A stretch of 64,000 nucleotides of DNA from an uncultured virus (IMG/VR IMGVR_UViG_3300030372_005500) (lineage: Duplodnaviria; Heunggongvirae; Uroviricota; Caudoviricetes): the IMG/VR virus record IMGVR_UViG_3300030372_005500. One strand, written 5' to 3'. Each line of letters begins with the position of its first letter. Position 1 is the first letter of the stretch. Positions 1 to 12,800 of this stretch are shown one piece after another. The translations under genes and the position numbers were made by a program. Under the pieces are notes generated by a model that made no database searches, was not told the origin of the DNA, and saw nothing but the letters and a program-made list of their open reading frames with translations.

Positions 1-129
1 AAAGGTGCATCAGACAAAGCATGGACTGAAGTAAGAGGTGGAACTACTGGTGCTAAAGTAGAAGAATATATGGCAGGAAATGTTGACGGTCAGAAGAGAA
101 GAGCTAAATTAAGGGAGGTTGACATATAA
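1..129 (+). CDS. 3' end of a hypothetical protein (partial)
   Basis: Frame 1 is open from base 1 to TAA 127-129, which overlaps the ATG at 129. Confidence 0.6.
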   Translation, partial: KGASDKAWTEVRGGTTGAKVEEYMAGNVDGQKRRAKLREVDI

Positions 130-887
130 TGGCAAGACCACGTTCTATGCGGTCTAAAGAGACTGGACAGAAAGCAAGAAGATTAAGAGCAGCAGGACTT
201 GACCCAAAAGATGTTCCTGCAAGAACAGGGCCTTATATGCTAAAAGAGGGAATTACTGGAGAAAAGAAGAAGAGTTTATTTGGAGACAGATACAAATTAT
301 CAGGACCTTCAAAGACAAAAGACCCTTTTAAGTATCAGAAAAGAGTAGATAAACAGTTAGAGAAGAGATTAGACAATTTTGATAGATTAACTGTAATGCA
401 GAAAGATAAAGATTATGACTTCTTATCAAGAAAGCAAGCAAGAGGTCAAGATTGGAGCTCAAATAAGGAAAGACGATATTATAAACAATTAGACGCCTGG
501 TTCAAAGGCAACGGTAGAGTAAATCAACTTATACGTGAAGACGGTGTTCTTGCCTTCTTTAAAAGAGGTAAAGATGCCCTTAAAGACAGAAGAGATAAAA
601 GAAGAAAGGCAGAAGCACGAAATAAAGAAATACAAAAGAAGATTGATGCAGAAAAAGCCGAAAGTGCAAGAATAAAGCTGGAACAAAAAGCCCAAAAGAG
701 AGAAGCTGTAAGAGAATCAATACCAGGGTTCAGGACTGCAGAAAGAAAGGGCAAGGACATTTCAATGAAATTGAAAAATTTCAAGGAAGCAAGAAAGACC
801 AAGAAAGAAAAAGCAAAAAACAAGGAGGAAAATATGCCGAAAGTACAAGAAAAAGCAGTACGTGGGCGATATACCTATAAAATATGA
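129..887 (+). CDS. Lys/Arg-rich hypothetical protein with coiled coil
   Basis: 252 aa ORF, GGAGG upstream, TAATG coupling. Confidence 0.75.
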   Translation: MARPRSMRSKETGQKARRLRAAGLDPKDVPARTGPYMLKEGITGEKKKSLFGDRYKLSGPSKTKDPFKYQKRVDKQLEKRLDNFDRLTVMQKDKDYDFLSRKQARGQDWSSNKERRYYKQLDAWFKGNGRVNQLIREDGVLAFFKRGKDALKDRRDKRRKAEARNKEIQKKIDAEKAESARIKLEQKAQKREAVRESIPGFRTAERKGKDISMKLKNFKEARKTKKEKAKNKEENMPKVQEKAVRGRYTYKI

Positions 888-1144
888 GCAGAAAACAAAG
901 TGGAACATTTAGCAAGCGAGGGGATAAAACCCAAACACTAACCGCCAAAGGCGTAGAGATCAAGGCAAAGATAGATGGTAAGGTTAAAGTCGATAGAGAC
1001 GGCTTTGGTCGAATCAAGAATATCTCAGCTGAGAAATTAACTCTGAAAGCAGAGGACCCTAATAAGAAGACCCCATGGGTATTCAAATTAGATACAAAGC
1101 GTAATGAGAGTTTCAAAGGTCAGAAGATAAAGGACAAATACTGA
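884..1144 (+). CDS. Small basic hypothetical protein
   Basis: 86 aa ORF, ATGA overlap. Confidence 0.7.
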   Translation: MSRKQSGTFSKRGDKTQTLTAKGVEIKAKIDGKVKVDRDGFGRIKNISAEKLTLKAEDPNKKTPWVFKLDTKRNESFKGQKIKDKY

Positions 1145-1148
1145 AACA

Positions 1149-1565
1149 ATGGCTCGGAAGCATGACTACTATGTCAATGTCCTACCTAAGAAGGAAAAAG
1201 AAACTAAAACAAAGAGTTTCTTCAGAATAGGTAAGTCAAAGAAGACTACTTCTTTTAGTAAAGAACCAGAGATACGGTTCCAGGCTATTGACCAAGCAGA
1301 AGCTTCCAAAATAAAGAAAGATTTAGAAAAAGGTGGTAACGTTAAGGCCGAAGTACAGAAAGTATTAGGACCTGAGAGAACGGTAACTGTAACTCAGAGA
1401 GTAACTGGCAGTCTAAGGGCAGAGCCAGATGTTAATCATGATGAATTAAGAAAGAATGTTAACAATGCATTACCAACATCGTCCGCACTACTACCTAAAG
1501 TTCCAACAGAAGAGATTTACAGAGAATCTAAACCAGGTGTAGAAGTAAAGGAGGAAGATGAATAA
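1149..1565 (+). CDS. Hypothetical protein
   Basis: 138 aa ORF in the operon. Confidence 0.7.
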   Translation: MARKHDYYVNVLPKKEKETKTKSFFRIGKSKKTTSFSKEPEIRFQAIDQAEASKIKKDLEKGGNVKAEVQKVLGPERTVTVTQRVTGSLRAEPDVNHDELRKNVNNALPTSSALLPKVPTEEIYRESKPGVEVKEEDE

Positions 1566-1618
1566 TGATTTGTGATTGTAAAGAATGCAAATGTGAATGT
1601 TGCAAGGATAATGATTAA
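1565..1618 (+). CDS. Cys-rich micropeptide MICDCKECKCECCKDND (metallothionein-like)
   Basis: TAATG-coupled, GGAGG upstream, 6 Cys in 17 aa; not in ORF track. Confidence 0.45.
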   Translation: MICDCKECKCECCKDND

Positions 1619-1729
1619 GTGTTAGAGAGATCATTTGAAATAGTCGTTCTTCTTACATCAACAGTTATAACGCTTGCAATTGTATTACAAACAATAGGAA
1701 TATTAATTCAAAACATGAAGAAGTTATAA
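1619..1729 (+). CDS. Small single-TM peptide (36 aa, GTG start)
   Basis: Fills the gap exactly; hydrophobic stretch; TAATG coupling to 1729. Confidence 0.45.
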   Translation: MLERSFEIVVLLTSTVITLAIVLQTIGILIQNMKKL

Positions 1730-2043
1730 TGGCAGCATCAAGGTACCAGGCAACCGCAGATTTAGTAGCAACCGCTGCAGTAGCAGCAGTAGTGCTGTAT
1801 ACTGTGAGAAGAGTATTTGTAGATAGAAATGGTTTTCTGGTTGGAGAAAATAAAAACGGCAATAAGCAAAAGATAGCTTCACCAGTAAAACCAAGTGGAT
1901 GGAGATTAATAGATCCAAAAGATAATAAAGCAAAGGGTAAAATTTACAAGACCAAAGAAGAAGCCCGTAAAGCATATAATAAGAAGTACGCTAATAAGAA
2001 AGTAAAGAGGGAGGACGATGGTCCTTTTAGTTTAAGAATATGA
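1729..2043 (+). CDS. Small protein with N-terminal hydrophobic helix and basic C-terminus
   Basis: 104 aa; LVATAAVAAVVLYTV segment. Confidence 0.7.
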   Translation: MAASRYQATADLVATAAVAAVVLYTVRRVFVDRNGFLVGENKNGNKQKIASPVKPSGWRLIDPKDNKAKGKIYKTKEEARKAYNKKYANKKVKREDDGPFSLRI

Positions 2044-2435
2044 GCCAAAGATATAACACAAGAGCACCTCCAGTAACCAGTCCAACACAACAGAATAATT
2101 TTAAAGTAAAAGAAGGAAAGAATCCAGAACAAGTAGTATACATCTCAGTAAACGCTGCATCAAAGACGCCAGGAGCGGCAGTCAACGCAGCACCTAACAT
2201 TTCGCCACGATTAGCACAATCGTTAATACAAAGCAATAAGCAGAACTATAGGTCAGGTCAGACAATTACAGTCACCGATGGCCAGCAGGAGTTCAATTTC
2301 AAGAGAAGAGGAGATAGGGTAATACAAGAAAAACCCATGAATAACAATGGCAAGTCTCCCAGAAGAAGAAAACGCTCCGAACCGTCTGCTGAAGGTCAAT
2401 TATCTGAAGCGGAGGTAATGCGTGGAGCGTATTAG
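2040..2435 (+). CDS. Hypothetical basic protein
   Basis: 131 aa, ATGA overlap. Confidence 0.7.
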   Translation: MSQRYNTRAPPVTSPTQQNNFKVKEGKNPEQVVYISVNAASKTPGAAVNAAPNISPRLAQSLIQSNKQNYRSGQTITVTDGQQEFNFKRRGDRVIQEKPMNNNGKSPRRRKRSEPSAEGQLSEAEVMRGAY

Positions 2436-3843
2436 AGAATTTTTTAGCGATTATTTATATAATGATAAGAAATTATTCGGGACTATACCTGTTTTAGCAA
2501 TACTATGTATGTCTTTAATAATTATAAGTCCAGAACCAGAGGTAGAGCCATACCAAGACCCAGAATTATTGGAATTTGAAGTAGAGTCTTATGAAAAATT
2601 AGATATAAAGGTTGCATCAAAGACACCATCTACCTTTTCACAAGTAGGTGATTCTATTGCAACAATAGATAAAGGGCACTTAGTTCTTCAGAACACTTAT
2701 AATGAATTAATCTGGGCAGAAGAGATAACTGGTATGGATTATGTTGTTGGAGTCGATTATGATTACAATTCCGAATATATTATATTATATGGAAGTTACA
2801 AGAATGAATTTGGAGTAGTTTGGGTTTATAGTATAGAAGGAGAGAAATATGCTTACGTTCAAGATGAAGTAGGAGTAATAACTTCTGCAGTAGTGTATAA
2901 CGAATATTTAATTTATGGAACGGACTCTTCTTTTGATACAGAAGCAAATTCACGTTTAATATTCACATTAGTAGATGAAACAAAAATAATTCATGATTCA
3001 TCTGATTACATAGATGTAAATACGATTGAGATAGATGGTAAGGGCGGTTGGTCCACAATAGACATATCAGAAAACGGGGAATATGTGGCCGCAGCCTTTT
3101 CAGACCCAGAAGACAAAACGTTAGGCACAACTGCACTCTATAGCTTAGAAGACGGCAGACCAGAACTATGTTGGAAGCCATATCCAGTACATGGTTCAAT
3201 AACAGAGATAGAACTTTCTTCTGATGGTATGAAAATGGCAGCTGGAACGGCAGAAGGCACTGTTATGTTTTGGCATCAAGCCCCTTACCAAACCAGTGAG
3301 CAATGGTATGCACAGTTTGCAGAAGGTGCTGAGATCTCTGACATAGAGTTAAGTCCAGATGGTACAAAGTTAGTTGCAGCAGGTGGTCAAAGTCAGAATG
3401 AGTCTATAGGTTATTGGGGTTATTGGGAAACTGAACCAATATATGAAGACGAAGAAGTATTCGAGGAAGACCCTTATTATTCTCCAACCTGGTCTAAGAG
3501 ACTTGAATCAGGATATATCATGACAGTAAATCTATATGAAGAAGAAAATGTGTTTTACACACGCAATATAGATAATAACATAAAAGGCTACTTTACAGTA
3601 GACCAATCACAGTTCTACAATACAAATTGGGGTTACATAAGGAATGCAGAATGGAATGAATGGAAGGAAACTCATTTAGCTGAAGCAGAAGAATCTGCAA
3701 GCAATGATAATGAGGGTAAAACGGTCTGGTCAAGTCCAAACACTTATTATCCAGTTATAGTTGTGGGATTAATCCTGTACGCTGGTTACAAAGGTGGCCA
3801 GATATCAAGAACATGGATGGAGGAAAAAAATGCTAACGCTTAA
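2422..3843 (+). CDS. Acidic WD40/PQQ-like beta-propeller membrane protein
   Basis: Repeats such as IDISENGEYVAA, IELSSDGMKMAAG, IELSPDGTKLVAAG; N- and C-terminal TM helices. Confidence 0.75.
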   Translation: MERIREFFSDYLYNDKKLFGTIPVLAILCMSLIIISPEPEVEPYQDPELLEFEVESYEKLDIKVASKTPSTFSQVGDSIATIDKGHLVLQNTYNELIWAEEITGMDYVVGVDYDYNSEYIILYGSYKNEFGVVWVYSIEGEKYAYVQDEVGVITSAVVYNEYLIYGTDSSFDTEANSRLIFTLVDETKIIHDSSDYIDVNTIEIDGKGGWSTIDISENGEYVAAAFSDPEDKTLGTTALYSLEDGRPELCWKPYPVHGSITEIELSSDGMKMAAGTAEGTVMFWHQAPYQTSEQWYAQFAEGAEISDIELSPDGTKLVAAGGQSQNESIGYWGYWETEPIYEDEEVFEEDPYYSPTWSKRLESGYIMTVNLYEEENVFYTRNIDNNIKGYFTVDQSQFYNTNWGYIRNAEWNEWKETHLAEAEESASNDNEGKTVWSSPNTYYPVIVVGLILYAGYKGGQISRTWMEEKNANA

Positions 3844-6800
3844 TTCAACGCACAGATGGTCTGACACAGATAAACAAATCTGGTCTGAGTTTGTAGTATA
3901 CTTTATGGTATACTCAACTATATTGGTAGGTTTCGGAATCGCCAGTGATGACAGTGGAACTATGTTAGATAGTTTCCGTTTCCTTGATAATGCAGAAGAG
4001 AGACAGATAGAACAATTTCTTAAGATAGTTCACATGTGGCAAACAAATCCTTACATGATGTCATTATGGATGGGCTTTGAACATTTTAATACAGATGTAG
4101 TCGAAGGTTATGGTAAAAAGGCAGTTAATACAATTAAAGAAGAAGTTCTGAATCCGATAGGTTCAGGAATACTTGGTGGTCTATCCAAGTTATCTCCATT
4201 CGGTTCAGCCTCTGCAGGTTCAGTGGCATGGGATGGCGGTGGTGCAGATAATAATTGGAATACACCAAATAACTGGAATCCAGACGGAGTTCCAATTACT
4301 GGAGATGACGTTACAATAGATGCCTCAGGCACTACAATTATTTTAAATGACCATATAGGCGGAGGGCAAACTAATCTCGGTCTTAATAGTTTTAGAATAG
4401 ATGCAGGAACATTAAATACTAATGATGGTTCTAACAGGATGTTTACAGTTACAGGAGAAGTAATAGTAATTGGAACAATAAATGCTACAGGTTCAGACAT
4501 TTTCTTTGGAGGTTTAAAGATTGAAAATGGTGGAGAGTATATAGCAACAACAGCTACAACAACTATTACTGGAGAGATAGATGTAAGTGGAACCAAATAC
4601 GCTTTGTGGACGGCTTATGGTTCTACACATGGGAATGGTACTTTTACACACAGTAATGGTACAGTTCATTTCAAAGATACTACAAATACAACGCATCCTA
4701 TAGTACAAAGTGGAGGAGACAAATTCTATGATGTTGAAGTTACTCTAACTGGCGCATTCCCTATTCTAATAGCCCACCATAATATGCAGACGGTTAACGG
4801 TAGTTGTAGTGGTTCAGCAGATAGTAAGACTGACTGTGAGGATGCTGGAGACACTTGGACTCGTGGTGGAAACTTTACATTACATGAAGGAAAATTTACA
4901 GATGGATCTAATGGATTCCATATAGGTGGAGATGTATTAGTTAAGGATGGAGGATTTTTACAAAATAGTACAAGCACATCTCAGGTTAAATACTCACAGA
5001 CTATAGAAGTCGAGAGTGGTGGAACTTGGAAAGCACCTACGGGATTCTATCAGCTAAATGATTTATCTGGTGGCGCATATGTTATAAATCTCCATGATGG
5101 AGCAATGTTCTATCACCAAAATGGGACTATAGAATTATTAGGAGGACATGACTCTAATAGTTACGTACATTTTGGATATACTGCTGGTTATGATAATCAT
5201 ATGTATAATTTTACAATTGAAGGAGACCATGCTGGCGGTGCAAGCGACTTCGAAGCATATTCTCATATAGGAATAGAAAATGATTTTATACTTGAAAAGG
5301 GAAGGTGGCTATATTGGTCAAGCTATGCTTTCGAGGTTTATGGAAACACAATCATAGGCGGTGGTGCCAGTGCTTCTGAACTAACTTGCTATGGTGCATG
5401 TGATTTAGATTTCTATGGCCCAGTTACAGTAAAAGAGAATGGTAATGTTATTGGCAATCATCCTTCTACAGAGGCAGAGACTGAGATGAATTTCCATGGA
5501 GGACTACATATTGCGGAAGGAATTAGTTCAAATGATTTTGAAAGACCAAAAGTAATGACAGCCTCAAGCATAGTAAATGATTCAGGAGATGTCTGGTTAA
5601 ATTTACGTTCTGGTTATACAAACAATCCTATACTAATTTCAGGAGGTGGTGGTACACTTGATGGAGACTTTGATAGTCATTCCACAGATGGTGCATTAGC
5701 CTTTGATATAGATACTGAGGCAGTAATGGATTTTGCAGGTAGTGGAGACTATGTTGAGATGGGTGACGGAGTTAGTAGGACCTGGACTAACGGAATAACT
5801 TCTTCTGCATGGATTTACAGAACAGGAAGTGATGAAGATTTCGTAAATGTATTAGATGCAAGCAATGGATTCTCTTGGTCTATCTTTGCTGATGGAAGGA
5901 TCTGGTGGTATGCAGGAGACCTTAGCACAGCTAATGCCCAATCACCAACAAGTCCTTCAACACTAAGAATTCCTGAAAACTCATGGCAGCATGTTGCCCT
6001 AAGTTATAATCCAGATACGGATACTATGACTTCTTATCTAAATGGACAGATATTTTATTGTTGGGGCCCAAGCGGATGTGGTACGACTGCAACCATTACA
6101 GGAACTATAGCAAACGGAACCAGTAATAATAACATAGGAAAGTGGAGCAACAGCAATTATAATTGGGAAGGAAAGATAGCAGACTCTCGTCTTTACGATG
6201 AAGCTCTTGACATCTCAGAGATACAATTACTGGCTTCAAGAGTATATAGAGAAACTCCTACTACTCCATTTGCATGGTGGAAACTTAATGACACAGTAAA
6301 TGCAATAGATAATCTTGGTAGTTGTGATGGAACACCTTCAGACTGTGATGGGACAGCTCATTGGGACGGAGGCAATTGGGTATATCCTTATACTGTAAAC
6401 ATTCATCCAGGAACTGTTTTAGAGGAGAACGTAACAGTAAGTAATGGAACACTAAGTGGACTTGCATCTTCATACATTAACTTTGATGGAACTAATGATA
6501 TTCTACACACCTCAAGTGATTTCACAATGTCACATGATAATTCAACTATATCTATCTGGGTTAAGAAAGACAATGCTACAGGCAATGAAGATAATATAAT
6601 GGGTGAAACTGATGACCCTAATCAGCATTGGTTCAAAATAGATACTAATGGAGATATAGAATTTAGAGATTATGGGACTGGAAGCGTAAGGTGTGATACT
6701 GCTATTACTGACACAGAGTGGCATCACGTGGTAGTTACATTAAATGGCGATGATAATGGTGCGATTTACGTTGACGGTGTTGCTCAAACATTAACAACTA

Positions 6801-9800
6801 ACGCAGTATCAGCCGACCTTACATTTGATTCATTTGGTGCAAGAGGTTCTACGACTGACCCATTTGATGGTAAGATGAGAGACATAAGAGTTTATGATGT
6901 AGGTTTAAGTGCAGATCAAGTTAACTCTCTTTATCTTAACACTTTATTAGCTACTCCACAACATCATTGGAGATTAGATGAAGGTAGTTGGACTGGCAGT
7001 TATGATAGGTTAGATACAGGATATGCTACAGCAGCACCACTTAATGCAAGTGGAGCAACCATGCAGAATGCAGATGTCCACATAGGTAACCTATGGATTG
7101 ATGGCGCAGACTCAACATTCAGCGCACCAAGAGGCGAGTTAATCCTTGATGGAGAACTTAGAACAGCTGGAGCATTACAGTATTACTGTATTAACGAGGT
7201 CAGTGGTGGCGAGTATATCCATAATAACGGAAAAGTAAATTTCCAATTCTTAGCATGGGATTCATGTATTGCAAAATTTGATGAATTAAATGATGTTGAA
7301 GTTAATCTTTCGACCACTTCATGGAGAGTTAATTGGAGATCAGATTCATCAGATACTGTAGTACTTGATGGAGATTTAGAATTAACATCTGGAGCATGGA
7401 GACCTAACGTAGAAGCACAGCATCAGACAATAAGTGGCCGTGTATCCGTAGCTAATAATGCTACACTGGGTTGGAATACCACAAGCTATAGTGGTACTTG
7501 GTCTTTCGGTTGCCTTCGTTTAGATTCAGGAAGTTATTACTATGCAACCACTGGAACTACTAAGATAACTGGTTCAGATTGTTCTTCTACCAATAGTGGT
7601 TACTATTGGGATAATGCAGGTGGAAATTATTTCCACCATGGAGGTACAGTAGAATTAGATACGGTAGAGGGTTCACAATGGGTTAAGAATACAAATGCAG
7701 ACCATCCTTTCTATAATTTCACACTGACATCAGCAGGTGGGTTCAGTGCAAGATGTAATTCACCCTTCCATGTTGAAAATATACTTCGTGTAGATAGCAA
7801 TACATTAGACTGCGGTAATGTCACTGAATTAAATGCCAGGACAATAATAAACAATAGCACTATTAGTTTAGGAAGTACTACCCTATATATTCATTCATTT
7901 TATCAGAATGGCAATATGAATTCTGATGGAAGCACAGAGGTTAATTTCATAGGAACTGGAGGGGTAATCCATGGAGACTTAGGTAGTGCAACAATCGATG
8001 TAGAGTTAGATCATGCTCTTGACTTTGATGGCACAGGAGAATATGTGTTAACACCATTTGAATGGGATAACGATTTAGGTAGTGGAGATGCAACAATCTC
8101 TCTATGGATTAATCCAGATTCATTTGAGGCTGCAGATTATAACTCACCTCGTTTGATAATGGATGGTTATGCCTCAGGCACTCCAAGATGGATGTTCTTT
8201 GGTTGTTATACTGAGAATACAGGTTGGTGTTCAGTAGGCCGTACAGAACAATACGTAAGATTCGTTGAGCATGGTTCAAATGATACATTAGAATCTGGAG
8301 ACATGATTGCAGGAACATGGAATCATATTATATTAGAATATGATGCAAGTGAAACAACAATTAAAATGTATCAGAATGGTATTGAAGTAGATAGCGATAC
8401 AAGCTACAGTAATGGTTTTGGAACTGCAAGTGCATTCCTGAAGTTGGGTGGAACTTCTTGGGATGATTATGATGGAAGATTAGCAGACGTAAGAGTTTAC
8501 AATTCAGTATTAAGTGATTCAGATGTAGAAAAGCTTTCAAGCGGCATAAATAGACCAACATTGGCAAATCCATTAGCATGGTATAAGTTAAATGAATCAA
8601 CAGGATTACCACAGGATTCAAGCGGTAATGCACACCATGTTGTATCAGACCAAGGTGCAGACATCATAAGTTCACCATACAGTATAAAATTAACTAACAC
8701 ATTCAATACAGGTGGAGACCTTGTAATAACAGAAGGAACTATTGACAGCTCTGGATTAAGTTATCTGGAGTTCGATGGTGACAATGACAGTGTGGATGCA
8801 GGAGATATAGATGCAGGAACTTCTAATCTTTCTATAGCTGGATGGTTTAAATTAAGTTCATCTGATATGGGCGGTGCAGCAGGGACACTTATAGCTAAGG
8901 GAGACAATAGTGGTGATAGAGTTTGGACTGTATTCTATTCAGCAGGTAATGGTGTAAGATTTGCTCTTAGTGACAGCGGAAGTGCATTTAACGATGAAGT
9001 GACATCATCAGCTGCAATTACAGATACAGACTGGCATCATTTTGTAGCAACATATGAATCAAGCACAGCAATTAAAATTTATATCGATGGAGAATTAGAA
9101 GCAACTAACAGTTCAGGTATTACTTCGGCTTTAAGAGATACAGATGATGATTTAAGAATTGGAACTAACTCAGATAGTAAAGTAGATTTTAGTGGTAGTT
9201 TAAGTGATATGAGAATTTATGATTATACATTAAGTGAAGAACAAGTTCATGAATTATATGGAGGAACATTTCCAGTAACTCCACTTTATTGGTGGAAGCT
9301 GGGTGGTGTAGAGTATGACCGAAATGGAATAATATCTGAACATGGACTCACATCATTATGGAATCCAAATGGAGACCCTTCTTACAATGGAATTTCTGGA
9401 ACCTCAGTAGGAAGTCAATGGACTAACGCTTATTGTGATATTTTTACAATACACCAGGATGAAGAGAACACAGTAACTTGTACTGAGAACACAGGAGGCT
9501 CTGGTTGGGCAGGATTCGGAGACGGAGGTTATACTGGAAACACTACCAGCATTTGGGACCAACAAGGACACGATAGAATTTACGAGAACGAAGTATATGT
9601 TGCTGAGTTTGATTTAATAGTACATCCAGGAACTGATGGATCAGGCCCATTCAAGTGGGGATTACAAACAAGTCCAGTTGGTTCAGCCTGTGCAAGTGCA
9701 ATTAATATAACTCAAAGTCCAGCAACAAGTGGAAGAATAGTCCACACTTATATTGGCAACGGAAATGCATCATGTGAGAGTAGTGGCGGACTTTTCTCTG

Positions 9801-12800
9801 TAGAAATGCAGTCAGATGGTTCAAACACTCAGAGCTTCAGCATATCGAACGCTAAATTGACAAAGTATACAGGAGCTGTAGCAACAATGATGGATTTTGA
9901 TAGTGATTCTTTTTCACAGGGAGCATTCTCTGTCAGTGATGTAATTATACAAGCAGACGGTCATTTGATTGCACCAACTGATTTGCTAAGATTCAATGGC
10001 GACTTCCATACAGATGGAACATTCACAAACAATGAAGGAACTCTTTGGAATGTAAAGAGTGGTGGAAAGATAAATGGAACTGTAGATCCAGTATTGTATA
10101 AGTTAGGATGTGGTTCTAACTTTGAGATTGAATACAGTATTACTGTCGAAAAAGAAATAAATTGTTATGCAATTGATTTAAGAGATTCAGGACATCAAGT
10201 ATTACTAACAGTAGGAACTGAGATGTCTCAAGGCACCGTCCGTGCATCATTGGTAAATGCTCCAAGTCATAGTTCTGGTAGCTGGAACATTGAATTAAAC
10301 AGCACTTACAAACATGGAATAGTTGGAGCAAGTGAACAATTCCCTGCATTAATAGTTGCAACAAGAGAGGATGGTAATTCACTAATTCAGAATTCAGGAG
10401 GTGGGGCTTACATAACTTTAGGTGATGTAATAGTTCAAGGAACGCTTGGGAAACTTGGCAATGCAGAACATTTTGATATTACGGGCGATGTTACATTTGA
10501 ACATCTTTATCTAAGAAGTGGAGCTACATTTGATTGTAATAACCATGATGTATATTTCAATTCTTTAACAATAGTAGGAACATTCAATAGTGGTGGAAGT
10601 TGTACTATAAACCAGCTTGGAGCACAAGGTCACTTACTTGGAGATATAGGTGATATGGATTATAATGTAAGCCTTGATAGTGTATTCAATTTTGATGGTG
10701 ATGATTATATCAAAGGGTCAGATACAAGCTTATTAGATTTTGGTTCAAGTGACTTCACAGTTTCAGTTTGGACAAATGCAATATATACAAGTCAAGGCAG
10801 TAGTTACAATACATTAGTAACTAATGGAGAAGCCAGTTCAACTGGAGATGGCTTTGCATTGAATATAATGGCTAATGGGCAAATTTGGTTTAAGGCAGGT
10901 GGAGGCTCATATGTTACCACTTCAACAGGAGCTTATGCAAACGATGGTACTTGGGCTCACATAGCTGGAGTAAAAAATGGTACAGAGCTTTTAATATATG
11001 TAAATGGAGAACAAGTTTATGCCAGCAATGTAACTAATGCAAGTATAAACAATAATGCAGCTATTATGATAGGAGGAGATTATAATTCCTCAGACAATCC
11101 ACAAGGAGTAAGAAGAGTTACAGGTTCTATAGCAGACGTAAAGATATTCGATGATAATTTAAGTCAACCTGAAGTTGCAAGGATGGCAGCTTATATCAAT
11201 GTAAGTGGAGAATCTTCTGGAGAACCAGAAAAGCTTGCAAGTTGGTGGAAGCTAACAAATGAATCATTTAAAGATTCAAGTGTAGACAATGAGTCTTTAT
11301 CTTGTGACTCTATGATTCATGCAGCCTGTTACAAAGAAATACTATATCCAAGTGGAACAATAGAACAGGCGTATCCTTTCACTATAGAATACAGGAATGG
11401 TTCAAATGCTAATGGAGATATTACAGTTGCTAATGGAACTTTAGATCTCGAAAGAACAAGTGTTCCAGAATTTGATGGAACTGATGATTTAGTTAACGTT
11501 GGAGACTCGAATGCAATTATTACAGGAACTGATGTAACTTTTTCTTGTTGGGTTAAAGTTGATAGTAGCCATACTTCGGTAACATATCTTATGGCAAATC
11601 AAAAGGGTTCAGGTTCTACTAATATGTCTTTAGCAATTAATAGAAACGATACTGGTACTGGGGCTGGAGGTCAAGTATCAGGATTTGTATGGAATGGTAG
11701 CACTCATATTTTTACAGCGTATGATGCAGGAATCAACGATAATGAATGGCATCACATAGTTTATACTACTACAGGTAGTTCTCAAGCATTATACATTGAC
11801 GGCATTCAAGTTGCTACAGCTTCTGGGGCTTTTTCAAATTCAGCTTCTACTGATGATATGTCTATAGGTGCATTCAACGCAGCTTCTCCATCGGATTATT
11901 TAGACGGGATAATGACTGACGTAAGAGTATACAAACACGCATTATCTGAAGAACAAGCTTATGCAGTATATACAAATCAATCACCAATAACTCCAGACCA
12001 CTGGTGGCTACATCAATTTACAAGTAATACGGCAATAGAAGATTACGGAACAGCTACAGATTCTGATGGAGTCTATAATGGAGGCTGGTCTCATTTCAGT
12101 GAAACCCACAATAGTTTACAATTAAATAAAAACTCAATATTCAGAGCAGCACTAATTACTACAACCATAGATGGAAAGAACTCTGGTAATTGGGCTGTAA
12201 ACTTTGAGCATGGATTTTATGACGGTAACGGAGGAATTCTTTCATTAACAGCCACGGGTTCAAATATTAACTTTGGTAATGACGGAACTCCAAGTCATGT
12301 ACAGTATAATGGTAGTGGAACTTCTTGTCTTGCTGGGCCACCGTGGGAACAGAAATTAACAGGAGCTTTGTTCATTAACTCTGGAACATTAGAATTATGT
12401 CAGGACCAGATTTACCTAAATGCATCTGGTGATGGAGTTACAGTTGCAGGTGGAACTTTAGATTTAACAGGTAGTACTGGAGCTCATAAATTTGACAAGC
12501 TCGTTATAACAAGTGGAACATTCAAAGCACCGCAATACTTAGAGATAGAAGGTAGTGGCGCTGGAAAGCTCACATGGAGTGGCGGAAGCTTTGTACATAA
12601 TTATGGAACAGTAGAAGTAACAGGTAATAATGGAACTGGAATAAATATTGCAGGAACTTCAGGCAACTTGTATAATTTAATTTTAAACAATGGTGAATGT
12701 GATATCTGTAGTATATCTATGCTTGGCGTAAGTACAAGCGCTCCAGCAATAATAGAAGGAGACCTTACTGCAAAGAGAGGTACAATTATTCCTAATACCT

